Source: Bilabrum cf. latius | Lineage: Eukaryota | NCBI GenBank assembly: GCA_965178125.1 | Contig: OZ237748.1 | Location: 248,001 to 312,000, forward strand | Direction: 5' to 3' | DNA: 64,000 nucleotides | Part shown: piece by piece, positions 50,998-63,167 of the stretch | Position numbering within the stretch: the first letter of the stretch is position 1 | Layout: each line of letters opens with the position of its first letter | Notes under the pieces: model-generated | Database searches by the model: none | What the model was told of the DNA's origin: nothing | What the model saw: only the letters and a program-made list of their open reading frames with translations | Program-made: the position numbers and the translations under genes

Positions 50998-52653
50998 ATG
51001 ACTAATAAAGGCAAGACATACACTAGAGGTAAAATATCTTACACGTATGGTGATGAACCGACAAAAAATCAAAAAGATAGTGATAATTTAGAAGCCACTA
51101 TTAAGGGACTACTTGATAAAGGATTTGAAGAGGTACCAACTACCAAAGCAAGTATTAAAAAAATACCTTTATATTCTTATGTATCTTATGTAAGTAATAT
51201 CAAGGGAAAGCCACTATTTAGAAGAGGTGGAGTAATTAACTCAATATAGAAGGATGGAGACTATTTCACTTTATATAACTTAGTGAGTCGTGTTCATTTT
51301 AGCGTTCAATAGTCTAACCTAGTTCGTCTTTTTTATAAGATGACTAAAGCTTAGACGAAAAAACTTAATAAACCAACCGGTAAGTTAATTGAAGTAGAAG
51401 ATGAGGACGACAAAGACAAATTTAATTATAAACCAATATTAAAGAAACTATATTATGAAGAAGGTAATGTAGTTAGTCGTGATGCGTTATATGACCTAGC
51501 TAGACAAAAAGATAAACGTATTAAAAGACGACAAGTAGAAAAGTGGTTAAATAACTAGATGCTCCACCAATTGACCAAAAAACGACCTAAACAGTCAGCA
51601 GTAAGTTCTTTTGTACCTACTAAGCCTTTCTCAATTTACGCATTGGACTTAATAGACATGCAAAAGTATTCAGACACTAATGACGGCTATAATTGGATAT
51701 TACATATAATGGATATATTCACAAAATACCTATGGAGTATTTCATTAAAAGATAAGACATTAGTTAATATAATTCGTGAGATGAAGAAACTATTTAAGAA
51801 ACCTAATTGGAGAAAACCGACTGTTATGTTAAGTGATAATGAGTTTAATAAAGAGGCATATATTAAATTTATGAATGACAATGACATAAAACCACTATTC
51901 ACCATCGCAGGAAATCCATAGTCTAATGGTGCAGTTGAAAGACTTAATAGGACTATAAAAGAATAGATTAGAAAAGACTTTGCTATTAAGAATGACAGTG
52001 ATGGTGTTTGGCATACGTCATTATAGAGACTAGTAAGAGCATATAATAAGAGAAAACACAACACTATAGGAATGTCTCCACTAGAAGCAATGAAACCCGA
52101 AAATTTAGAAGTAGTTAGATCTAGAATTGAAAATAAGAAATTATCCAATAATTTCGACGGGAATGATAAAGATCTTAATGTAGGGGATAGAGTTAGAGTA
52201 TTACTTGAGAAGAACAAGTTTAAAGGAAATTTATTTAATTGGTCTAGAGAAGTCTTCACTGTTAGATAGAAGACCAAACCAAGAAATCCTAAGTAGAGGA
52301 TTAAATATAAAGTAATGGACAAAGAGGGAGAACCTCTTACTGGATTCTTTAATGCTTCACAGTTATAGAAAATAGACAATGTAGAACACGAAGATAAGGT
52401 AAATGATGACATAGACAAGGAAAGTGAAGAGCCTGAAATTGATAATGTTGAAGGTTTAGAAGTAGAACCAGACACAATAGAGAAGTTTTTAGATAAAAGA
52501 CAAAATAAAGATAGACTTATTGAATACTTAGTCAAATATAAGGGATATTCTAATAAGTTTAATGAATGGATTACCCGTAAGAAATTAGAATAGGATTATG
52601 GGAAAGACCAAATACGACCACTTGCGAAAGACTATTCTGATAGATAGAGATAA
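50998..52653 (+). CDS. rve integrase with N-terminal extension and C-terminal chromodomain
   Basis: ALDLIDM, LSDNEF, P*SNGAVERLNRTIK; EYLVKYKGY...NEW. Confidence 0.92.
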
Positions 52654-52883
52654 TTAATCTAGTAATATACTTTATGGCATAATACCAGCGCCCCAAATTG
52701 CGATAATATATTAGGATATTAAGATATATTTCCGCAATTCTGGGCGCGTAGGTGTATTGATTTTTATAATTATGTCATTTTATGTTAGCCAGTGTTTAGA
52801 TACGACTTTTAAAATAATAATTTTTTCTAGTATTTACCATATTTATATAAAACAAAGTCAAAGAAATTATTTATAATAAGTAT

Positions 52884-53564
52884 ATGGAATTGTTAAATAT
52901 AACAAGATACAAAAATAAAGACCTTCTAAAAAGAGTAGTCAAGTTAAGTGAAAAGTACAAGTGGTCTCGTGATGACTTAAAAATGTTATGGATTAACAAG
53001 CATTATTCAAGTTTATAGGGTGAAATAGATGATGAAGGGGACGAGATAGCAACTATAAATTTAGTGAGACAACCGTCTAAAATAGAACCTATCTAGTTAA
53101 AACCTCCACAATTAGAACGACAATAGGCTATATTGGAAGATGTTGAATTAGATAGCGAAGACATAGAGGATAATAAAGAGGAAGACTATTTGAATGATAC
53201 ATATAGTGATACAAGTAGTGAAGTAGTGAGTGAAGTCATTGAAGAGAAACCAATTAAAGAGAAACCAAAACCAAAAATCAATATTAGTGATCTTACAGTG
53301 AGTGATAAACCTGAATATGTTTATTGTGTAGAGATTAATGATACAAAGGTATATTTTAACAAAAAGAATACATAGACTTATCCTGATGCTTTAAGAAGAG
53401 GTAAATCACACGCTGATAAAATGAGAAAGCGAGTATTAGGACATCTTCATTTTGATGAGACCGATATGTATGACAGCAACTTATGGTATGCTAAAGTGTG
53501 CTGGGGTGATAGTGATAAAATTCATGATAACTTTACAAAGTTTAAAAATATCTTATTAAAATGA
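52884..53564 (+). CDS. V2 hypothetical acidic protein
   Basis: Continuous with TAG=Gln to TGA. Confidence 0.6.
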
Positions 53565-53583
53565 CCACTATATATATAGGTAA

Positions 53584-54090
53584 ATGAAAAACACAATTTG
53601 GAAGTTTTTAAATGAATACTTTGATGTCTTTAGTTTAATACTTAAAATACGAGACGAAAACCCTAGTGATGTCATAAGTACTATAATAGCAATGTATGAA
53701 GAGAGCGAAATAGAAGACCCAAAAGAGATCCATAAACATATGAGTGAAATACGTCATAACTTGGAACTTAGATTTAAAACAAAGTATGTTGAAGTCCTAA
53801 GCACCGATCACGATGACAAAGCAGAAAGCTATCTCCATCTTAATAATATATTATGTAATATTGAAGGAGAGCAATATGTGGAGGATAGCAAAATCAAGAT
53901 GTCCGAGAAAAAACAAGTATTTATAAAGACTTACGGTGATGTGGATAAATTCAACGAGACTGTCCAAGAGATGGAACAAGAAGACGAAAAGACTAAAACA
54001 GGAGTAGAAAAAGAAATAGATCAAAAGTTAAGTCTATTATGTAATACTTCTAAACAACCAGACAATATTTGTCTAGATTATAAATTGTAA
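53584..54090 (+). CDS. V2 hypothetical protein
   Basis: ATG..TAA 168 aa. Confidence 0.6.
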   Translation: MKNTIWKFLNEYFDVFSLILKIRDENPSDVISTIIAMYEESEIEDPKEIHKHMSEIRHNLELRFKTKYVEVLSTDHDDKAESYLHLNNILCNIEGEQYVEDSKIKMSEKKQVFIKTYGDVDKFNETVQEMEQEDEKTKTGVEKEIDQKLSLLCNTSKQPDNICLDYKL

Positions 54091-54217
54091 TATCAGTATG
54101 TATTTTAATTATAAAAATACAAATTGACAGGTTAGATACGACCGCCCCAAATTGCGGATATATTATAGCTATTCAAGATATATTTTCGCAATTCTGGGCG
54201 CGTAGGCGTATTGACTT

Positions 54218-54856
54218 TTATATGGAATAGCCAAGGTCTAGAGTCGAACGAAGCTTATCGTGAAGCTATTCGTAAGTATTATAAATGTAATAGCTAGAAG
54301 GGTTCAACTCTTTGATATATGAGTTACGGTCTTCTAACATAGACTTCTATTTATCTACTTTCTAATTCTTTAAAGTCTTCTAGAATAGTGAATTAGATGG
54401 AAGACATACAACTATACTTTCTTTTTTAAATAACTCATTAGCTAGACTTAACTCTTTAGTAAAGAATATTACTCTCTTCTCGCTACCTTCATTCAACCAG
54501 TTATCTTTTACCCATTGAAGGGCTTCTTTACTGGCTTTTCTATTAAGTATATTATAATTACCCCAATCACTTTTTAACTTACATTCGTCTAGTTTCATAA
54601 GTAATTCGGGCTCCTAGACATATACTCCTAGAGTACTATCTAAATCAACAAGTAAACAGTCTTTAGAACTAGACCGTAATATTTGACAAGCGGTAGACTT
54701 ACCACTACCTTCAGGCACACAGATACATATTTTTTTACGTTTATGTAAAGGTTTATCCCATAACCACTACCAACAAGACATACCACCAGAGTATGCTAGA
54801 GGTAGTAAGACACTTAAACCTCCTACAACGACACTGCTTGAACTGATTCCATCCAT
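54218..54856 (-). CDS. P-loop NTPase/kinase-like protein with hydrophobic N-terminus
   Basis: ICICVPEGSGKST and LLVDLD; homolog of 9996-10613. Confidence 0.7.
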
Positions 54857-54899
54857 TTTATTATATTAATAAAAAAGATATTTCTATAATTAAACTCAA

Positions 54900-55622
54900 T
54901 TATCCTGTTAAGAAAATACAAGGTACGACTTTATATTCTACTCCATTAGCATCAGTAGAAGTACCACTTGAAAAGTCTTCATCTACTAGAGCTTTTGCTA
55001 CAATAGTCTAATCAACAGAGACTGGTTGAGGATTAGGCGCGTAGACATATCCACTATCAGAACTATTAATTAAGTAATCACCCGCACTTACATCTCCTCC
55101 ATTTTTATTTACTTTCACAGCTCCATCACCTAAAGATGCTACAAGTACTTTACCATCATCATGGTGTTCTCCTACATATACTCCAAAAGGTGGTGAATGT
55201 TGAGATGCTTGACTTACGACATATTCATTAGTTGTGGGTCCTTTATTAACTACACTATCAAGAGTAACCACTGACCCAATACCAGCTGGTAAACTAGAAG
55301 CAACATCACTACAAGATGCAACATGTGTACCGGTAAATGATAAGAAGTTGGTTGCTGTCATAGTACTGGTTTGAGTTCCATCACCTGCGACATTAATTGA
55401 GATAGATGCACCTGCTGATGCTGAGTTTTTACCTATTCTCCATGTGAAAGACTTAGCATCTTCATTAGTACCACTCATAATATAGGGTAGTGATTGACCA
55501 TTGAAGTTAAGTCCAAAGTTAGCGGCTCCATCAAAGCCTTCTGCTTTAATTGATTCTACTTCAATAGACTTACTCTTTAATTCATATTCATTTTTGTTTA
55601 AGAGATTGTATATTCCTGCCAT
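54900..55622 (-). CDS. Putative short fibre/spike with intramolecular-chaperone-like C-terminal domain
   Basis: SFTGTH..LGDGAVKV..GDYLINSS..GY..TIVAK pattern recalled from viral fibre C-termini. Confidence 0.55.
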
Positions 55623-55865
55623 TACTTATATTATATTAGCTAGACTAGATATTTTTTTTTTAAATTACGAGATTTTAAAAAGTTAGTAGTATAAGATATA
55701 GTATAATACTAGCGCCCCAAATTGCGATAATATATTAGGATATTAAGATATATTTCCGCAATTCTGGGCGCGTAGGCGTATTGATTTTTATAATTTAGTC
55801 ATTTTTAATATAGCCACCTCTTACAATGTAATATTTTTAAATTAAAATATTATAGTATATACCAT

Positions 55866-57308
55866 TTAAAGACTTCTTAATCTTGAATCTAACCAAGATA
55901 TTAGAGTATCAAGTCTCTTATTAAGACCTGAACCTTCACCAGTCTTACTTTCACTTGCTCCACTAGATGATTGACCTTGTGCTTCTTGTTCTTGTTCTTC
56001 CCGTTCTTGTGCTGCTCGTGCTGCTCTTGTTCTTGCTTCTTGACCTTTACCAAGATCTTCACCTGCATCGCTTGCTACAAATTCTCCATCTGGTTGTCTT
56101 TCTAATAGTGTCCCTTCTGTCTCATCATCTAAAGGTTCATTACCTCTTGCTATCTATTCAGCAGCTTCATTCATTACATCACTTAATGCGGCTTCTCTTC
56201 GTAAGTCTGGATCTTTTTCCTTAGCTCGTCTAAGTCTTTCTTTAAGTGGAGTTCCTGACGGTTCTGCACGACTAAATGGGTTTGGTTGTCTTTTTCTTAG
56301 TGATAATTGTCTTTCAATATCTTTCTTTGCGTCATCAAACTTGATTCTATTTAAATTTACAAATCTAGTTTTACTGTCAAGTCCCGATTGTCTTCCAGTC
56401 TTAATATCTTGAAATAAGCTCTATAAATCATAATACTACATATCATCTATTGGCACACCATCATATTCATCACCTAATAGTGCTTTAAGTCTATCTTTTA
56501 GTACTGGTGCTTTAGATGTGGCTTTTGTTTTATAAATATCATTTATTGCTTCCATTCTTTTATTAAGTACATCTCTTTTTAGTTTAACTCGATCAGTTTG
56601 GCTTCGTAATCGTTCCAAAGCATAGCCTTTTGACTTTTTATCTCTTAATCTTTCTAATAGAGGTACTATTTGTGTTCCTTTTGCTCTTTGTCTAACTTTT
56701 ACAAGTCTTGATGCCATTGAATTAAGTTGAGCCTTAGAGAGACCATTTAAAGTTGAATCACTTACACCTCTCTCTTTAAGAAACTTCTTCAACTAGTCTA
56801 CTGTTAAGTCATTCTCTAAGTCTTTGACATCTTTAGGTAAATTGTCTATCTCTTCTGCTTCAATAAATAAGTTATTTAATGCGTCGTTAAGTTTTGACTC
56901 AGCTTTACCTTTTTGAAATAGAGTATTAGATGAGTTCATATATGGAATATTCTATATCATCTTAGCAATAGCTTCAGCATCTTCATCAAGTAGTTCATTA
57001 TCTTTGGCTAGTCTTACAACTTGATCAATATCAGCTACTTTATACTTTTTACCTTTCTTGCTATTCTCTTTAACTCTTTTTAAAGTCCTTTTCATAAGAT
57101 TTGCTATTCTTTTTAATTTTCTCTTTTCTTCTAATGGCATAAAGTCCTCTTCTAATTGAATCTTTTGTTTTCGTTTAGCTTCTCCTATAGCTGCTCTTAT
57201 GGCTCTCTCTTCGTTTCTTACCTTTCGTCTTGCTTGACTTGTAGGGGCTCTACTTTCCACAAGTCCATCGAGTAAGTCTTCCAATACTGCTGTTCTTTTT
57301 TTAGACAT
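55866..57308 (-). CDS. Large charged putative core protein
   Basis: 480-aa frame with TAG=Gln; syntenic with 10658-12664. Confidence 0.6.
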
Positions 57309-57347
57309 CGTATAATTATATTATGATAATAGATAATATTATTAAAT

Positions 57348-57791
57348 TTACATACCATTTTCTTTTAATATTTTACTTGCTTCTCCTAGACTTACGCCAT
57401 ACTTCTTCATTACCGCACTCACTAATTTACCTCTTGCTTTAGCTTTTGGATTAGGTTTCCTCTTACGCTTAGCCTTTCCAAGTCCTACAGTCTTAAGTGC
57501 AGCATCAAGAGGGATACCAACTTCAGGGGCTACAAACTTAAGACCTGTTCGTATTGCCTTTCCTACATTACTTTTAATACCTTTTTTAATTGTTCGCCCT
57601 ACTTTCTTGAATTTTCTACCTACTTTTTTAAAAAAACGTCCAACTTTTGAACCACCTTGAACACCATTCATTTGATAGTCTTCAAATAATTCAAGTAGTT
57701 TTTGCTTAAATTCGTCTTTTAAATTGTTGACTTTGGCATTAGAGGGTGATTTACCTAGTTGCTATAGTCTTTGTCTTATGAAATCGTCCAT
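57348..57791 (-). CDS. Basic core protein with an amphipathic helix after a GG site
   Basis: VQGG|SKVGRFFKKVGRKFKKVG; tail VSAVMKKYGVSLGEASKILKENGM. Confidence 0.7.
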
Positions 57792-57825
57792 TATAATAAA
57801 GAACTATAATATTTCTTATTAATAT

Positions 57826-58644
57826 ATGGTTAAATTAACAAAGTAGTAGCTAAAGTATTATTCACGATTTGATAATAAGATATTCAAGTCTTTTAAAATA
57901 AATAGAAGTGATATTTATTTAAATGGTTCATATTCATTTACTCATAATATGCTTTCACTTTGGGCTGGAGACATAGACCTATACTCTCCCGTTAAATTGT
58001 CTGATGTCAATAGTGTTATAAATGAATTAAAGACCTTAAGAGGTAGTAGATTAATACATATTTATAACGTTGAATATGATGATAATGGCGTCTCTTTAGA
58101 TACATTTCTTGATACTAATAGACCTAAAATATTAAAATCTTTAAAATAGTAGAATAATCCTATGATATTCGTTGAAAGTTGGGTCTATACTGGATATATT
58201 GAAGAGGTTAGTATATTATATGATATTGGAGGTAAGATATTGAAAATGAAGCCTAAACAAGTAGCAGATAGGATGATAGATGACATAAAAGACTTACAAA
58301 AAGAACGAAAATATTTCAAGATATTAAAAAGACTAGATGTTATATATGACGAATTAGGGCAAAAGAAGAAACAGGAAGAGATTGAACAACTTATAAAGAA
58401 TCCCGATGTAGGCTTTCTTTACTTGACTATTACAAGATTAAAAAGTTTATTACTTCCAACAGTTCCATTTAAATTAAAAAATAGAGTTATTGATAGACTT
58501 AAGAATGATGTACGTAAATTAGGACTTATTAAACCAGTATATCAATACTTTAATACGTTCAATAGTAAAGATGTAAGTATTATAATTAAATATTTAGAAG
58601 ACTAGCTCAATAAAAGGGTCGTTAAATTAGTTTCACATAATTGA
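57826..58644 (+). CDS. Nucleotidyltransferase-like protein (intact)
   Basis: YLNGSY...AGDIDLY; downstream IEEVSILY; helical C-terminus. Confidence 0.7.
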
Positions 58645-58838
58645 ATACACCTAAGCGCCCAGAATTGCAGACATAATTCTCTTGATACTTATATATTTCC
58701 GCAATTTGGGGCGCCCTATTTTGTGAGATTTTTATTAGATTGACCCGAAAATGTAAAACCTCTAACAGCCTACGCGCCCAGAATTGCACAAATATATCTT
58801 GAATAGCTATAATATTACCGCAATTTGGGGCGGTCGTC

Positions 58839-59360
58839 TCACCAGTCACTATAAAATAGCTCGTCAATGTCTTCTTCGTTAAGTTTATTAACTTTTTCTG
58901 TCGGATGGAGGGGATTATCTGGTCGTATGTCATGTAAATAGCACTTAAGTCTGAAAAATTTTAGATATTCATAAATTAACTACATATGAAAAAAGTCTTT
59001 TTTAAATAACCTTTCCCACTCAACGAATTGATTAAATTGGTCCTTACATTGGTTAATTTTCATTGAATTAGCATAGTCAAAGTTGAATGTTTTTAAGTGA
59101 TCAAAAGAAGACGATACATATCCGTTATCATTTAACGTAAAGTCCATATCATAATAGTACTTTTTACTGCAATTGATAATACATTCTCTATACTTACGAG
59201 CAATTAGAAGACAAGTTATATAATTAGTATAGCAATCTACTCTATCAGTTGTCATCATATTACGCTACTCTTCTGCTTTCTTATAGTACTAATTAACTTT
59301 ACATGAGTACTTATAAAATGATTTAATATATCTTTTTGAAATTAGAAGTTTGTGATCCAT
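58839..59360 (-). CDS. V2 hypothetical protein
   Basis: 173 aa with TAG=Gln. Confidence 0.55.
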
Positions 59361-59505
59361 TATTCTATATATTTATATGATATTTTAATCATATTCTTAA
59401 GACTGTGCACTCTAAAATGAATATTTGAAATGGCTACTTCTCACAATATACCTTTTGAACCCACTAATTATTAGAAAAATAATAAATATTAACATATAGT
59501 ATATA

Positions 59506-60573
59506 ATGTCATTATCATACGATGAAATACCAAATAGTCATTTAGTTGCTTTAAGAGAATACAAACACAAGAAGAGGAACAAAAGCGTCTTTTTTAGTGA
59601 AGATGTAGGGGAAAAAGTCATAACTCCAGAAGATATAAGTGATGATTTACTTGAAGAGTACTATGGAAAGAGAGCAATTAAATATGAGAAGAATAAAAAA
59701 GCATTACGTGAAGAGATGTGTAAGTTAGTGAATGGAAATAAAAAACTAGTTAGAAAGACTAACGAGTTAAGAATAGATGATAAGAGTTAGTTTGAAATAG
59801 TCCCATTCTTTGATGATGAGACCAAAAGACAAATACACTATTTAAGTGGTTAGGCTGGTGCTGGTAAGTCTTATATTGCTAAGTCTTTACTCAAGTATTA
59901 TCATATGTTCATTCCAAAGAAGAGGGTTTTAGTCATTACACCAGTACAGGAAACAAATCCAACTTATTTAAAATATGGTAATTTTATTGATATTGATAAA
60001 TTAGTAGCAGTAGATAGAAACGATAGTTATGATGACTTAATGAGGAAATATAAAGAAGAAAAGATATTCTTTAGGTAGGAAAAGAAGTCATTAGAACCTC
60101 ATGAATTAATTAAAAGAGAGATAGAGATAGAAAGAATGAAACCAACAAGTAAAGACAAGACAAAGGCATCATTTACCACTACTCCATTGTATGAAGAATG
60201 GGCAAAATAGGGTCCTTCTGTGGTGGTATTTGATGATTATGAAGCCTTAAACGGGGATAAAAAGTAGAGGGCGTTATTCTTAATTAAGCGTATAGGTGAA
60301 GTTGGAAGACATAGCTCAACAAATATGATAGTTATAAGTCATTTAACGAATGATTATGCGAATACTAGGTCAATAGTCATGGAAAGTCATAATATTATTT
60401 TATTTAAGAGAAATTTATGGAAATTTAGCAAATATTTAATGAAAGCATATTTGGGATTTGATGCAAGTCTTATCAATCGTGTTTATAAATTGTTTGGAGA
60501 AGGTAATAGATGGCTATGTATTAATAAGACTTATAATTTTATCACTTGTCCTAAATAGATGTTCGTATATTAA
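59506..60573 (+). CDS. A32-like packaging ATPase (intact)
   Basis: G*AGAGKS, VVFDDYE, VGRH, VISH. Confidence 0.92.
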
Positions 60574-60592
60574 TTTTCTTAGTATTAAGTAT

Positions 60593-61141
60593 ATGGATAT
60601 AACCACTGCATTAAGTCCTGAAGAGGTACAAAGACTATACTTTACATTTACAAAGTAGCATATACCAGTTATAATGTATGAAGAAATAAGTGATACTAAT
60701 AACATCAGACAATTTCTAGATGAAAATCCTTTATTTGTCCTTTATTATCCTAACTTAGTAGAAGGAGCAACAATGAGCGGTCATTATACTGCGGTCATAT
60801 TTAATAAATCAAAGAATACTCTTTATTTTTGGGATAGTTATGGTCAATTACCTGATACTCATATTCCAGTCGTAGGAGGAGTCATAGACCCATAGAAGCT
60901 ATATGATAGAAGTAGTCTTCTAATAGATCACGTATTAGATGCTGGTATTAATGTTGACTATTCAAATCAAAAGAATCAACTTATATCTAATAACTCTGCC
61001 ACATGCGGGAGGTGGTCAGTGCTCAGACTTCTCTTTCATAATTTAACGAATGATTAGTTTAATAGTCAATTAAAGAAGGCTTTTAAAAAGTATGGAGGAG
61101 GACTAGATAATGATGAACTTATTACTTTGATAATTAGTTAA
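60593..61141 (+). CDS. Maturation cysteine protease
   Basis: GHYTAV, FWDSYG, NQLISNNSATCGRW. Confidence 0.92.
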
Positions 61142-61347
61142 TATGACATATACCATAAATTTTTAGATATTGAAAATTGATATCTATAAGGTGGCCATAT
61201 TAAAAAGACTAAAATATAAAAATGAATACGGGTGAGCGCCCAGAATTGCGGAAATATATCTTAATATCCTAATATATTATCGCAATTTGGGGCGCTGGTA
61301 TTATACTATATCTTAAGATACTAAAAAAAAAATGTCTTTGAAGTCAA

Positions 61348-62013
61348 TCAAAATCCACGGAAAGTCTGTCCAACGTATTGTCCTCCAAACACAAGAGCTG
61401 CACCAAAAGCAACTTTCATCGTCTCAAAGACAAAATTGAGTATCGATGGCTCCGCGTTTCTCATCACCATCAACCAAATGGTAGGAACACCATCCCGTAA
61501 GAGGTGCAGGAGATGGTCTAACACGAAACAAATCCCTAGGTTGTCCCCGAAACGACATCCAGCCATACGAGCAAGGTACTCGAAGAAGGTGTAAGAGGTT
61601 AGGAATACGATCACCAGTACTCCAATGAAAACTAAGACTAGAGCAATCCTCATAAGTCCTATCAGTAAGTCCCCGCCACGATACCACAACCACCAGAGAT
61701 GAGCCTTGATCGTGTTGCCTTTCGTGGACTTTATCTCGTGCTCGGTCCTCCGCATCTCTTCTTTCGCCTTCTTCGCATAGCTCTGTTTAATACGATTGAT
61801 CCGGTACTTCATCTCGTCCACATCGTCTGCTTGGTCAAGAATCAATTTCTCACATTCCTCCGTCGTCAGTTCATCATCCCGTTTATCTTCAACAGGGGCA
61901 TTCTGTTGATTCTCAGCAGTTCCACCAGAACCATCGTCATATGACCCAATTATTTTCCTTCTTCTAGATTGAGACGGTTGACGGGATCGTGAATTGGACC
62001 GGCCAGAGGACAT
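61348..62013 (-). CDS. Predicted membrane protein of atypically high GC content
   Basis: 221 aa; SR-rich N-terminus, coiled coil, hydrophobic helices; flanked by V2 palindromes. Confidence 0.7.
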   Translation of the reverse strand: MSSGRSNSRSRQPSQSRRRKIIGSYDDGSGGTAENQQNAPVEDKRDDELTTEECEKLILDQADDVDEMKYRINRIKQSYAKKAKEEMRRTEHEIKSTKGNTIKAHLWWLWYRGGDLLIGLMRIALVLVFIGVLVIVFLTSYTFFEYLARMAGCRFGDNLGICFVLDHLLHLLRDGVPTIWLMVMRNAEPSILNFVFETMKVAFGAALVFGGQYVGQTFRGF

Positions 62014-62198
62014 TTTGACCCTATTTTGTGTGAATGGTGGCTAATCAATCCGATCGCAATAAATAAGATTTTTTCAAATATCACATAACTCAATACACCT
62101 ACGCGCCCAGAATTGCGGAAATATATCTTAAATAGCTATAATATTACCGCAATTCTGGGGCATTAGACAAGACTTATTTTCTTGATAAATGTTATAGA

Positions 62199-63125
62199 AT
62201 GGTAGAGATTCAAGAACCAGATATCTTTTATATTAACTCATAGGATACTATAACATCTATTGGTACTAATAGACCAGTATCAATACATGAACAGCGTCAA
62301 GGTAATATCTTGACAAATTCACAAAACTACTTATTATCACTTGACCGATGGACTCTTAAATGTCGTATTCCTTTATTTGTAGCAAGTAAAGAAGTAAAGA
62401 ATAGCGATAATTAGTCAATTTATAAGATGTCGTTTGTGAAGAAGAGTGATGGAACTACTTACACTCGTAATATTGTCTTAACCAAGTCGTTATATTATAG
62501 TCTTAAGACCTTATCTAATGAATTTAATAATACTCTTAGTGATTTATGTGGAGATGCTAGTATTCCAACTGATAGTATAGTATTTGAATATCACGGTAAG
62601 ACTAAAACTTTTAGTTTCACCCGTTTAGCGGCTTTTACAAGTGCGTGGACTTTAAGTTTTAACTTTCCTTTATTCTCTATATTTGAGACATTTGAATATG
62701 ATGATGAAGGTAAAGACATTAAAAGTGATACTTATATAAATCTTTTAGATGGATACAATGAATAGAGTGCTTCTACCTTAGATTAGTTTCCTACTATGGA
62801 GTATATTCAAATTATTAGTCCATCTCTTCCAATACTTCCAGAATTTACGCCATCATATAAAAGTACATCTAGTACAGAGATACAAAGTGAAAATATCTTA
62901 AGTGATTTCAAGATAGACAATACAACAGGAACGAGTTTTATTAAAATAAACTTTAGTAGTGGAGGAAATCATAGATGGCAATAGTTCTATAGATCAGCAT
63001 TTAATAGTTATAGTATAGTACCGTATTTTAGAGATACTTTTGGAAACTTATACGAAATACCCTTTACTTTTGGACAAGGACTTAATATAAAAGCTCTATT
63101 TAAAAGTAAAAAGTTAATAACTTAA
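62199..63125 (+). CDS. Minor capsid protein (penton)
   Basis: Homologous to 29883-30833 (IHEQRQGNILTNSQNYLLSL; LPILPE; LSDF). Confidence 0.75.
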
Positions 63126-63167
63126 AGTAAAAAATAAATAAATATCTTTAGTCTTAATATATTTATA

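Larger units (their letters stand above)
48628..62161. repeat. V2 dispersed ~60-bp palindromes GCGCCCCAAATTGCG-N30-CGCAATTCTGGGCGC at ~48628, 52688, 54143, 55712, 58655, 58774, 61236, 62103 (half sites at 48381, 48573, 48601)
   Basis: Seen directly; all intergenic, both orientations. Confidence 0.92.
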
